IMG/VR virus record: IMGVR_UViG_3300023281_001121
Span: 6,250 to 70,249 of that record
Source: a virus
Length of the DNA stretch: 64,000 bases
Reading direction: 5' to 3' (one strand)
The notes under the pieces are model-generated. The model did not search any database, was not told where the DNA came from, and saw only the letters and a list, made by a program, of their open reading frames with translations. The position numbers were made by a program, and so were the translations under genes. Positions within the stretch are counted from its first letter, which is position 1; each line of letters starts with the position of its first letter. Below, piece by piece: positions 37,343-47,900 of this stretch.

Positions 37343-38098
37343 CTAGACCGTGTTCCCGCTCACCCGCATGGTGACAGTCGTGTTCTGCGCGCCAAGGCCA
37401 GCAGTCAACGTAAGCTCCAACCAGCAACCTTGTGCGGCACCCGCTGTCAGGTTCTGGGAGTTCGCCACGTTCTTGTTGGCTGAGTCGAACGTGCCTGCTG
37501 GGGCTGTTTGCCGATTGGACGCACCGTTGTCGCCAGTGTCATCCAGTGTCGCTGGCAGCATGAAAGCCACCACCGTCTGAGGATCGGCCTGCTCGATGAT
37601 GACCGCACTGGTCAGCGTTAGCGTGCCGTGGTTGTTCTTGAAGAAGATCTTGTCGTAGTACGTTCTGGTACTTCCTCCGGACGCGTCCGCAGCAGCATCA
37701 TAGAAAGGCCTGCGTATCTCTAGGACCGCTGGCTCCATGCTCGCGATCGTGGTGTCGGTATCCTGGTCACGGACGGTCACCGTTCCCGTAGTCGACGCCG
37801 ACTTGATTATCTTCAGCACGCGCTCGAATGCAGTTCCCGAGATGAGTACGACGCCCACACCGCTCAGTGTTGCGACATCGTTGACCAGTTCGCCAGCTGC
37901 ATTACGCCCATGGACGGTGATCGTCTGGGTCGTATCGCCAGAATTACTGGACAGGATCTCGATCTCATCCGTGGCCACGATGTCGACAAACACAACACGC
38001 TTGGTCAGCGAGATCGCCCCGCCGATGTTTGTCGGAGTGTCATCATCGGGCATCGTGGCTGAGCCATAAGCGACGATGTCAGCAGCTACGATTGGCAT
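37343..38098 (-). CDS. tail/collar structural protein, probable paralog of 34967-35752
   Basis: IVAADIVAYGS...GGAIS...YDKIFFKNNH...QGCWLELTLTAG. Confidence 0.65.
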   Translation of the reverse strand: MPIVAADIVAYGSATMPDDDTPTNIGGAISLTKRVVFVDIVATDEIEILSSNSGDTTQTITVHGRNAAGELVNDVATLSGVGVVLISGTAFERVLKIIKSASTTGTVTVRDQDTDTTIASMEPAVLEIRRPFYDAAADASGGSTRTYYDKIFFKNNHGTLTLTSAVIIEQADPQTVVAFMLPATLDDTGDNGASNRQTAPAGTFDSANKNVANSQNLTAGAAQGCWLELTLTAGLGAQNTTVTMRVSGNTV

Positions 38099-38101
38099 AA
38101 T

Positions 38102-38320
38102 CTATCTCCTAGTCAAAACTCGGCAGAAATCATCTGCCAGCCATAATGATCTGGTGCCTTCGGCAGTCCACAAGGACCCAGCGCCACCGCCTTCGATGCC
38201 AAGGCGAAGTCGCCCAAAGTGCGCACGAAGAAAAACGCTAGGCGCACCAGCAGGGAGCGTACCAAGTCTCCCGCGATGCATCCGCGTGTCGACTGAGCCT
38301 GGCTGGACATGCGAAGACAC
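38102..38320 (-). CDS. small putative tail protein
   Basis: Fills the operon gap; LWTAEGTRSLWLAD resembles the WxA tail of the 1021-aa protein. Confidence 0.4.
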   Translation of the reverse strand: MSSHVQPGSVDTRMHRGRLGTLPAGAPSVFLRAHFGRLRLGIEGGGAGSLWTAEGTRSLWLADDFCRVLTRR

Positions 38321-38321
38321 A

Positions 38322-38873
38322 TCACACTCTCGTTAGAGTGATCTCGCCTGGGTTAGGCGTGTTGGCATCGAACGTCTGATCGATCTGAATTCCGCTGATA
38401 CCAGGAGGGGAATTCCTGCCAGTGGGAGACTCCACGACTGGAGATCCAGCAAGCAGACCGAAGAACTGATACATCTCATCGATCTTCGGCTGCTGAATAG
38501 ACACGCCTGAGACCGCCTGAGAGATGCTGACGTTGACGAAGGCACCTGGTGCGATCGGGTTGCCACCACCGTCAGAGACGATGACGCCTGACCCTACTGA
38601 GGCCTGCACATGAGTCGGACCAGGACGATCAGCGAACTGAATGCGCCATCCATCCAGCATGGTCATGACGATGAGCGAGTTGCCGATCCCTGGAATGGGG
38701 ATCTTGCCCTCAGCCTTAGCGATCTCAGAGTCATCGATGAAGTCTGGCTGCATACGATGGAACGCTATCGCATCGAAGACTTCCTGGATCGTGATGTCCA
38801 GAGTAGGCAACTCGATCTCCACGATCGCGGTGTCGTGATGGAACGTGAACCTGAGGTCTTGAGTTTCAGGCAT
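38322..38873 (-). CDS. virion structural protein
   Basis: ATG at 38873; ITIQEVFDAI...MLDGWRIQF. Confidence 0.6.
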   Translation of the reverse strand: MPETQDLRFTFHHDTAIVEIELPTLDITIQEVFDAIAFHRMQPDFIDDSEIAKAEGKIPIPGIGNSLIVMTMLDGWRIQFADRPGPTHVQASVGSGVIVSDGGGNPIAPGAFVNVSISQAVSGVSIQQPKIDEMYQFFGLLAGSPVVESPTGRNSPPGISGIQIDQTFDANTPNPGEITLTRV

Positions 38874-38874
38874 G

Positions 38875-39147
38875 TCACTGCTTAGTGGCAATCGCGGATA
38901 GGGCTAAGTCTCGCTTCTCGCATTGAGCGATCAGTGCTGTCCACTCGCGCTTCACCCGCTGGGCTTTCTGAATCGCCTCTTCGAAATGAGCGATGTCCTT
39001 GTCTGCCTGCGCGACCGCCGCCTTGAGTTGGTCGGCATCGTACATAGGCCATTTCTCCCTGAAGGCCTGGCGCTCCTCCGGAGTACGGAGTATCGCTCTG
39101 ACCTGGTCCTCCAGGGAGATTTCGGCATGCCCGTTCGTCTCGCTCAT
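38875..39147 (-). CDS. small coiled-coil protein (possible tail chaperone)
   Basis: 90 aa, helical heptads. Confidence 0.5.
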   Translation of the reverse strand: MSETNGHAEISLEDQVRAILRTPEERQAFREKWPMYDADQLKAAVAQADKDIAHFEEAIQKAQRVKREWTALIAQCEKRDLALSAIATKQ

Positions 39148-41648
39148 GTCGCGATAGTATCAGGCGTACGAATCGCGGCCTGTATCAGACCGCCGCTGCT
39201 GATGGTGTTCTCAATCTCGAACGGCTGGATGGGATCAACCGAGCCACCGTTGCGCACCCTGATCAACACCGGGATGTCTGTCAGGTACACCAGGTTGGCG
39301 CTTGAGATCGTTACCGGGTCACCGCCACTAGCGATTACATCGAGGATCGGGATGTACGCGGTGTCGGCAGCGTTCAGATCGTACGGGATCTCATTGATGC
39401 CGTAGACGTCCGACGTATCCCAGTTGTTATCACCACCACCACTCAGAGGAGTGTGCGTGATCGTCGTCGTGCCGATCGCAGTTGCCACGCCCCAGCTGTT
39501 GTCCGTGCGGTTGTTGATGATGTCGCCAATCTGCGCGGCGTTGCCGTCAGAGAAGTCGACGCCCGAGTCGGTTAGCACCGTGGCTGGCGCAGCATCTGTG
39601 CCTGTGATCGTGCCACCCGAGTGATCGACCGCGCTCAGGACTAGATCTGTGCCAGTGAACGATGAGTATCGGAACCGAAGCTCCCGGATATTCACCGTGT
39701 CGACCACGCGGATCACACCGCTCTCTGGCGTGTCGTTCGGAACCGTCGCATCGAGACGGATCTGAGTGTCGTCGACACCGTTGAACACCGTCGCTGGAGC
39801 AGCCATACCGTGCTGTGCTTTATCGATTGAGCCAGCAGGCCCTGTCAGCACGAAGATGCCGACGCGATCAGAGTCCGTTCCGTTCACACCCGTCACCGAC
39901 GCGTTGATGAACAGCGGTGGGTTGCGGACATTACCATCGTCATCGATCAGCTGGAACGCCTGCACGTCGGCAGGGGCAACATCGGTCAGAACCACACCAG
40001 GCGCACCGAAGTAGATGCCACCAGCGAAGGTGCCGAGAGGTGCTGACTTCGGTGTCGTGATCGTTCTCGTTGATGCAACGGTGGCGAAATCGGTGTACGA
40101 CGCCTGCACAGGGTTGTCGCCAACCTGGGTGATCGCGTTCTGAGTGAAGAACCGCGTGTTGCGCATGATCAGGTCGCCGGTCGCGCCATCGTCATGGTCA
40201 GCGACTACCGTGCCCTGAGCAACCAGCGCATCGCCCGAGTCATGGAAGTAGAGCGTCTCGCCTTCGACGAACGCGCCTGTCTGCGTGTTGTACTGGGCCT
40301 GGAGATCCTCGCCGATGTAGAACTCTCCGCGAATGCCTTCGGCATCGGTGAGGTAGGTACCGCCGCCACCTCGACCACGTCGACACTCAGCCTTGTGGAA
40401 CTCGTACAGGTCAGTCACCGTGTTGGCGTTGCAGTCGACCGCGATCGAGTAAGGGAACGCCGCCTGGCCACCGCCGAGCGACACATCTGTGGCCGCGAAC
40501 ACGATCGTTGGATCTAACGTCAAGTTGGCTGGGCCGATGTCGGAAGGGGCTACCGCTGTCATGGCACCGCCGCCAGCACCACTCAAGGTACCCGTCGCGC
40601 CAGTGAAGTCAGCGAGCGCGGGTCCGATGAGGTAATAGCTCAGGACGATGTTCGGGTTAGAAGCTCCAACTTCGGTGACGATGCCCTGGATCGTCGAGTC
40701 CGAATCATCGGTGATCACCTCGCCAACGACGAACGTACCGGAACTGGTACCGGCAGCTGTCATCTGACGCAGCCCGGTGGCGTTGTTCAGGTCACCGCCT
40801 GTCGCCAACGGGACAGGCTGTCTGCCGCCCGTGGTCAGATCGATGATGAAGTTGTCGTACAGCGAACCGTACTGACGAGCGAACACCGTGATCTCTGCGT
40901 CGTCGATCTCGACATTGGTCGACTTCACTTTTACCAGGATGTCGACCTGCCCAGAACCCCACCAACGAACACCGGAGCCGACCGCGCGCGAGACTAGCTC
41001 CGCACCGTCCTGAAGGATGTACAGCGTGCTGTTGACGAAGATCGTACCCAGTGTGAATACGTTCGTCCAAAGGCTCTCGCCGGTCTCAGATGCGAGACCG
41101 CCGCCTGACGCGGCAGCGTAGGTGTCGGTGAAGTCTCCCGCAGCGGACGAGCCACCCACCGTGTAGGGTTCTGTCGCGGCGTCATCGAACAGGTCGGTAG
41201 CAGGATCATCAGGACGTATCCAAACGACGCCCACCTCCGCACTGTAGCGTTCATCGAACGCCAGGATGGTGGCTGTGTCACCGGTCGTCGTGCCGGTGAT
41301 CGTGCGGCCCAGGTCGGCAGTGCCGAACGGTGTGCCCGCGCCTGAGCCATCGTACGAGATCGCGCGGATCTCCCCAGCTGCCCAGCCTAATGTCGCGAAC
41401 GCGCCTCCTGTGATGTACTCAGAGGATTCATCATCGAAGAACCACTGGTTGATCCAGGTGAAGGCTGTCGGTGTCTGAGCCGACATCGGGACGGGGTCGT
41501 CCATCTGATCCGGCTCATCGAAAAGGTCTTGGAGGGCGCTGTAAAGTGCGATAGCGGTGTCGGTAACCGTGGGAGATACAGCTGTGTCGCGGTAGACCCG
41601 CTTCGCTGTGTAGTCGATGTCCCAGCGGTTGCCTAGAAATGTGCCCAT
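39144..41648 (-). CDS. large tail fibre/adhesin-like structural protein
   Basis: ATG at 41648 after GGAGGAG; LYSALQDLFDE..MDDPVPMSAQTPT; G/T/D-rich beta repeats. Confidence 0.65.
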   Translation of the reverse strand: MGTFLGNRWDIDYTAKRVYRDTAVSPTVTDTAIALYSALQDLFDEPDQMDDPVPMSAQTPTAFTWINQWFFDDESSEYITGGAFATLGWAAGEIRAISYDGSGAGTPFGTADLGRTITGTTTGDTATILAFDERYSAEVGVVWIRPDDPATDLFDDAATEPYTVGGSSAAGDFTDTYAAASGGGLASETGESLWTNVFTLGTIFVNSTLYILQDGAELVSRAVGSGVRWWGSGQVDILVKVKSTNVEIDDAEITVFARQYGSLYDNFIIDLTTGGRQPVPLATGGDLNNATGLRQMTAAGTSSGTFVVGEVITDDSDSTIQGIVTEVGASNPNIVLSYYLIGPALADFTGATGTLSGAGGGAMTAVAPSDIGPANLTLDPTIVFAATDVSLGGGQAAFPYSIAVDCNANTVTDLYEFHKAECRRGRGGGGTYLTDAEGIRGEFYIGEDLQAQYNTQTGAFVEGETLYFHDSGDALVAQGTVVADHDDGATGDLIMRNTRFFTQNAITQVGDNPVQASYTDFATVASTRTITTPKSAPLGTFAGGIYFGAPGVVLTDVAPADVQAFQLIDDDGNVRNPPLFINASVTGVNGTDSDRVGIFVLTGPAGSIDKAQHGMAAPATVFNGVDDTQIRLDATVPNDTPESGVIRVVDTVNIRELRFRYSSFTGTDLVLSAVDHSGGTITGTDAAPATVLTDSGVDFSDGNAAQIGDIINNRTDNSWGVATAIGTTTITHTPLSGGGDNNWDTSDVYGINEIPYDLNAADTAYIPILDVIASGGDPVTISSANLVYLTDIPVLIRVRNGGSVDPIQPFEIENTISSGGLIQAAIRTPDTIAT

Positions 41649-41740
41649 GAGTGACTCCTCCAAATGGATGGGGGGCTTTAGAGTCACTCTTGCGACTTAC
41701 GAGCCGAGTTTTACCAGAATTCCTGTCTCGCTGCTACCTG

Positions 41741-44524
41741 CTAGTCCGCAAAGGTCGCGCCAGCACTGACGTAGCTCTTTGACGAAGCGTCATAAGTCGC
41801 GCCAATACTGTGAGCGCCAGTGGCTGCACGATCAGCACGAATGATGGTCAGCTGAAGCCCACCGTCGACCAGTTTGTCCGCACGCCGGATCGAGCCGACG
41901 CCGCTGGCAGCTGGTGGGAACGTGTCCAGGTCGTCCGTGACAGAGAACATCACGTCGATCGCTGGCTGTGTCGTGTTGTTCAGAGAGATCGACGGGTTCG
42001 ACGTCACTGCCTGGCCGACGCTGTTGGCGTCATCCTCTTCGGCACCAGTCCCTGCCAGGTTGATGATGGCGAACGCGAGGAACCGAATCGGTGCAGCGGC
42101 ACTCAGCGTCAAGACGATGTCCTTGGTTCCTTCGTCAGCGTCTGGGATGTCGTACCGGTACAGGAACATCTCATGGAACTCAGATCCCTCCTGGACGAAG
42201 TTACCGCCAGCCGTGTCGACCATCGCGTTGCCGTCGTAGTTGAGCGACGTGACGGTGAGGTTTGCAGTCGCGTCCCAGTACCCGCAGCCAACGACGAGCT
42301 TGCGTCGAGTGCCTCCCGGCAGCTTGACCTTCGCCGTGAGCGTCGTGCCTGACACGTCGTTAGAGATCTGTCCGTGCTTGGAGATGTCGAAGCGCGTGGC
42401 GTCGATCAATCCGGCGTTGGTGTCTTCGTTCAGGGCGACGGTGGTGGACAAGCCAGTACCAATGATCAGCCCTGGGTTGGCTGCTGGGAAGTACCTTGTG
42501 TCTCCTGGGGAGGACTTGCGGACATTGATTACGACCGGCGTGTCTGAAGCATAATTGTAGGTCGCATCTGCATAGACTCCCGATGCGTTCGTTCGTCCTT
42601 GCGAGATCAAGCTATTATCGCTGGCATCTCGGATGCTAACGATCACGTCTTCCAAGCCGGTTCCGCCGACATCCTCTACTGTCACGCTCAGCGTTACCGT
42701 ACTCACAAAATTGACAGTAGTCCCAGCGTCAACCAGGTCCTGGTTCGCCTCCACGAACGAGGTGTCCGATGAAGTGTTATCCACCAGATTGATCGTTACC
42801 GTATCTGTTGGGCCGTAATCAACTCGAAAGTCATTCGTGTTGCCCGAGAAAACGAATCCACGAATGTTGTACGTGGTGTTTCCAGACCCTTTAAGCAAGA
42901 TTCCTTTCGAGCAGTTCTGAATCGTTACATCTCGCACGGTGTCGGCTGATGGGTCGGCAGACCCCAGGTCAAGGGCGGCATGCTTTGCCGGAACCACCGA
43001 GCTATCAATGGTCGTCTTTTTAAGGAACGCGCCGTTACGAACTCGGACGGACCCCATGCCGGTAAGTGAGCAGCCAACCATATCGACGTTCGGGTCTTCA
43101 AGCCTGATGTCGCCAGCCATATCTACCGTCGTGCCGTCCGTGTTGGACTCCTGCGTCGGGTTCGTGCCGGAACTGGTGAAGGCGCTGATACGGAAGCGCA
43201 CCCAGTAACGTGTGTCAGAGTCGATTGCAGTTGCAGCCCAGTCGTCGGGTATCGCCCAGTTGACGGCTTGAGCGCCGGTCGTAGCGTAATTCGCTGTGCC
43301 ATCAGTGACATCGGTCAGGCTCGACCATGTGGTGCCGTCGTAATACTCCCACGTCCCGGTCCACGTCCCGCCCTTCGCCGTTACCAGGTTCAGGTTCAAC
43401 GCATAGAAGCGTTCATCGTGACCGAAATAAGTCGCGTCGTTCAGTGCTTGCGTAGCAGGCATCAACACTTGATCGGTACGACCAGTCCCACCATTGGCGT
43501 TAGAAGTAACGTCCGTGAAGCCAGTACCGTTGTCTTCTACCTTGACGTTCCTCAGCTGGTCGGCGTAGACCGCGTCATTTCCAAGCATCGTCACGCCGTA
43601 GTAGTTGACCGCATCTACGTCGGCGTCTATCGCCTCAACACGAAACGGAGCAGCCCCGGCTGCGCGAAGAACGCCACCACCCGCACCTTCCTGATCTACA
43701 CCGCTGCCGCTCGTCGTCCCAAGCTGAAAATGATTGATCGAGGCGTCAGCATTGCCAACGTGCCGGAACTTGTACATTGAACCGGAGACCGGCAAGTCTT
43801 CAAAAATGACAACAGCGTTAGTGTCCTCGAAATAGCTGGCGGCAGTACCCGGTCCCTGAAACAGAGCGCCAGCGTTCAAGTAGAACACGCCACCCACATC
43901 TCGCAGGATGCCGTAACCAGCCGCCACGTCTGCCGCCGACCACTCAAGGAACGTGCCGCGAGCGCCAGTCGTGCCTCCCTCGATGCTGACCTCGTTGCCC
44001 TCCCAGAGCATGTCGTGAACTGCCAGTGCCTTGCCGTTGGCGTCCACGAAATCCACTCGGCAACCTGCGTCAACGACCGCAAGAATATCGGATGGGACCG
44101 TACCGATTACCTCGTCAAACGGTTTGCGGGGATCGACCACCAACATCAACCAACCGTTGTATACGGCTACTTGTTTGTCCGATCCATAAACAGTCCATGC
44201 GCCGAGATTTGTTTGGTCGCCAATCTGCAAGCGCGCACCGTAAGTCGCCAAGGCACTGATGCTCTGCGACAACTTGCACCACATTCTCAAATGAACATTC
44301 TCAAGACTGCGAGAGGTGAAACTAGCAAAAGAAATGCCGACCCCAGCATTGACCTTGCCAGCCTCGATGCAGCCGGTGTTCTCCACCTGTGATGCCGTAT
44401 TCAACGCGATCATCGACCACCCATTGACCGGAGTAGTCGTAGGCAACGTCCAACCACCCGTACCGTCTGCCCGATCTATGCGAGTGAAGTCTCCGTTAGT
44501 GATCGGGTCTACTGTTACTGCCAC
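41741..44524 (-). CDS. large multidomain tailspike/adhesin (beta-helix-like plus carboxypeptidase-regulatory-like domain)
   Basis: VRDVTIQNCSKGILL..NIRGFVFSGN beta-helix pattern; LSVTVEDVGGTGLEDVIVSI...GRTNASGVY. Confidence 0.6.
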   Translation of the reverse strand: MAVTVDPITNGDFTRIDRADGTGGWTLPTTTPVNGWSMIALNTASQVENTGCIEAGKVNAGVGISFASFTSRSLENVHLRMWCKLSQSISALATYGARLQIGDQTNLGAWTVYGSDKQVAVYNGWLMLVVDPRKPFDEVIGTVPSDILAVVDAGCRVDFVDANGKALAVHDMLWEGNEVSIEGGTTGARGTFLEWSAADVAAGYGILRDVGGVFYLNAGALFQGPGTAASYFEDTNAVVIFEDLPVSGSMYKFRHVGNADASINHFQLGTTSGSGVDQEGAGGGVLRAAGAAPFRVEAIDADVDAVNYYGVTMLGNDAVYADQLRNVKVEDNGTGFTDVTSNANGGTGRTDQVLMPATQALNDATYFGHDERFYALNLNLVTAKGGTWTGTWEYYDGTTWSSLTDVTDGTANYATTGAQAVNWAIPDDWAATAIDSDTRYWVRFRISAFTSSGTNPTQESNTDGTTVDMAGDIRLEDPNVDMVGCSLTGMGSVRVRNGAFLKKTTIDSSVVPAKHAALDLGSADPSADTVRDVTIQNCSKGILLKGSGNTTYNIRGFVFSGNTNDFRVDYGPTDTVTINLVDNTSSDTSFVEANQDLVDAGTTVNFVSTVTLSVTVEDVGGTGLEDVIVSIRDASDNSLISQGRTNASGVYADATYNYASDTPVVINVRKSSPGDTRYFPAANPGLIIGTGLSTTVALNEDTNAGLIDATRFDISKHGQISNDVSGTTLTAKVKLPGGTRRKLVVGCGYWDATANLTVTSLNYDGNAMVDTAGGNFVQEGSEFHEMFLYRYDIPDADEGTKDIVLTLSAAAPIRFLAFAIINLAGTGAEEDDANSVGQAVTSNPSISLNNTTQPAIDVMFSVTDDLDTFPPAASGVGSIRRADKLVDGGLQLTIIRADRAATGAHSIGATYDASSKSYVSAGATFAD

Positions 44525-44934
44525 GACCTACTCCAACGATCGCAGCACAAAGCGATCAGGCAGGGGATAGCGTGACCTTCCCCTTCCATCACCCGAACAT
44601 GCGTGCCAGGGGTCTCTGAATCTCCGTAACCCGTATCGTCATGCCCTGCGACGTAGACCACGTTGTCTGCTGGATGCTGATACTCGCTAACGTGCTTCGT
44701 CGCAGTCGGATCGAGGTACACCCACTCATGATCAGGGTGAGCTGCCTGAGCCTGCTCTAGCGACTCGAACACAGTCGGAGCGACGGCAGGGTAATCAGCA
44801 CCAGCGGGGTGAATGCACGCAATCTCGCCGCCAAACATATACGCGAACTGATCGAGAATAGACGCCACAGAAGCAGCCGACAGCACTCCTCCTCGGTCGT
44901 CGTCTTCGGTGTAGAAAAGGTAGATAACGGCCAT
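44515..44934 (-). CDS. TrmL/SpoU-like SPOUT methyltransferase-fold protein
   Basis: By-eye colinear match to TrmL: IYLFYTE, IACIHP, WVYLDPTA, VVYVAGHDDTGY (cf. FGPExxGL), HVRV, ALCCDRW. Confidence 0.55.
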   Translation of the reverse strand: MAVIYLFYTEDDDRGGVLSAASVASILDQFAYMFGGEIACIHPAGADYPAVAPTVFESLEQAQAAHPDHEWVYLDPTATKHVSEYQHPADNVVYVAGHDDTGYGDSETPGTHVRVMEGEGHAIPCLIALCCDRWSRSWQ

Positions 44935-44940
44935 CAGCAA

Positions 44941-47900
44941 TCAGCCCCCTCGTGGGTTAGGCTCGAACACGGTCCAACGCGTCCCTTGAGCATCCGCTGT
45001 CCAGGCGGTGGGCTGTGATTGTGAACGCCAGCCGGTAGGGCATTGCTCTGCGTACCAGACTTGGGGTGGGTCTGCGTTCCATAGGGTTGGTAAACATGCC
45101 GCCTCCCACGCGGTGTCATCTGCTTCAGCAAGCCAGACGCCACCGATCTCTTCATCGGGGGCTTGCCATTCTGTCCCAGGTTCGTCTGATTGTGCATCAA
45201 CCAGTAGCGTCTCGGCTACCCATAGGCTCTTACACTTCGCAGCAACCCAGACCGTTGGGTCACAATCTGCCACCCAGAAGTTGCAATCTTCAAGGGCGTG
45301 GTCGACGAATAGCGCAAAAGTTGGGTCGAGCCACTCGTACGGAATGACGTAAACAGCATCCGGATCTCCACCCCATGAGATCGGGATCACCCGAGTCTCA
45401 TCGAGAATACCGCGAGCTTCCCACGGTATGCCGTGGCTGAATTCTTTGAAGAAGATCTGCTGCCATGCGATCGGGATGAGGTTATCGAACGTCACGAAGG
45501 TCTCTTGCAGCCACTCGATCGGACTCGAATGATCGGACGCAAAGCCACCTCTGAACTCGTAGGGTATGACCGAGTCAGCAGCAGTGAATGGTGATGTCCA
45601 GTCGAACGGAATCGAGTCGCCAGCAGTCGCATCGAGGACCCATTCGACCGGCATGGAGTGCTGAGCATCGAAGCTGCCTTGCCACTCGATCGGCATGACG
45701 TTACCGGAGGCGACGACTCCACCCCATGAGATGGGCATCGGATGATCCGTGTCGAGGAACCCAGACCAGTCGATCGGTATCTGATGATCCAGCAGTAGCT
45801 CAGCGAACCACTCTATCGGCATGCCGTTATTTTTCAGCACGTCCTGGGTCCACTCGACCGGGATCGCATTGTCCTTGTCGATGATGATCGTCAGCCGCCA
45901 CTGATACGGGATGACATGATCCATCAGCAACTCAAGCTGCCACTCAACCGGAATAACATGATCGAGATTCAGCGCCTGCTGCCATTCGATAGGCGTCTCA
46001 TGCAGGGACACAATGACGTTCTCAAGCAACCACTCGATCGGCATCTGATGATCTAAGTCGAGTTCGGTAAGCCACTCGATCGGTGCTGGCTCGTCGACCT
46101 GTAGATCAGTCTTCCATTCGAACAGGATCGCTAAGTCCGCACCCGGATCTGCGAACGGTCCTTTCCATGAAGCAGGTATCTGTCGATCGAGAGCTAACTC
46201 AGTCGTCCATGTGATGGGAATAACCGAGTCGTGCGACGGGAACATCCGCACGTTCCACTCGTACGGAATGATGTGATCTTGCCTGATGCCAGTGACCCAC
46301 TCGACCGGAATGCTGTTGTCGAGATCGAGGACTCCGGACCAGTTGATCGGGATCTGATAATCGACACCGAACGGTCCTTGCCATTCTATTGGTGGGAGGT
46401 GGTCAGAACTTATCCCTGCCAGCCATGAGACAGGAATCTGATGGTCGCCGGGGGTAGTTACGTTGATCCATTCGAATGGCACCTGGTGATCGAGCAGGAG
46501 ATCGAGCTTCCACTCGACCGGGATGGAATTGTCAGGCTCAACGAACCCAGACCAGTTTATGTTGAGAGCATTATCAGACGCGATGCCTTGCAACCATGAG
46601 ACCAGGATGATCGAGTCGTGTGGCACGATCTCGTTGATCCACTCGAACGGGGCCTGGTGATCGAGCAGTAACTCTGTTATCCACTCGACTGGTATCACAT
46701 GATCCGACTGAACCTGCGGCTGTCGCCAGTCAATCGGGGTCTGATGATCGAGGCCAAGACCCTGCAACCATGAAACGGGGATGACGTGATCGAGGCCAAG
46801 ACCCTGCAGCCACTCGACAGGTATCTGCCGGTCCATCAACAGTTCGGTTGTCCACTCGTACGGAATGATGTGATCGATCAGTAACTCACCACTCCACTCG
46901 ACAGGTATCTGATGATCGAGAGCTAGTTCGGTTGTCCACTCGATAGGAATTATGTGATCCGAATCGACCGGCGTCTCAGCCGGGACGTTGTACAACACCT
47001 CAACCGCTAGGGACGAAACTCGCAGATTCGGGTTAGCTTCTGTCTGAAGCACCTCGACAGTTTCAGAAGTGACCCGCACAGGAGCGGTCGAATCAGCGTG
47101 CAGCGCCTCTGTCGCCAGAGTAGAGACACGCGTGGTTGCTACCGCCGGTTTGTAGAGAACCTTGATCGCAGCATGGCTAAGGCGAACTGGAGCCGTGTCG
47201 TCCTGCGTCAGGACCTTAATTGCAGCATGACTAAGGCGAACGGGAGCCGTGTCGTCCTGCGTCAGGACCTTGATCGCTGAATGGGTAAGGCGAACTGGAA
47301 GCGCGGTGTCTGCTACGATCGGAGCCGCGTCTCCGTTCGTGCCGATCCCCAGATAGTCCAGGTGCATCGTACCGGTGTGAACAGTCCGACCAACGCCACC
47401 CCAACCGGCTGCAGTTATTCTGCTTCCGCTTGTGTCAGTAGTGTCGACGTCCCAACCGGACGGCTCCTCCTGGCCATCAGCCCAGAACTTCGCCTGGAGA
47501 GTGACAGTCGCTCCAGTGCCGTTGATCCTGAGCCTGATCCAGAGCCACTCATTCGTTGGAACCCACGAACCGAAATCACCGAAGCGATCGAACCATGGTC
47601 CCTGTAAGTCGACATTCGACCCATCAGCTATGTTAGTGAATGACCCGGCGTCCCAACGACCAATGTTGAAAACACCTGTATCGCGAATCCCAGCGTAATA
47701 GGCAGTCCCACTACCACTGCCGCCAGAGGCTCTTCCATATAAGTGAAACTGATTGTCGTCGTCGTTCGTTTGCCGGAACCGAGCAACCAATTCGATGTTG
47801 GCGCGGTTAGTATCGCCATCAATCGCATCAAGACTTTGGAGTTGTTGACCGCTATCGCCAGTGGTGAACCTAAGAGTCCGGTCGTCCTCCTCACCTACAG

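Noticed and set aside
47159-47320. 54-bp repeats as a CRISPR array or DGR TR/VR pair
   Set aside because: In-frame tandem coding repeats with no spacers, no adenine-specific differences and no reverse transcriptase or cas genes.
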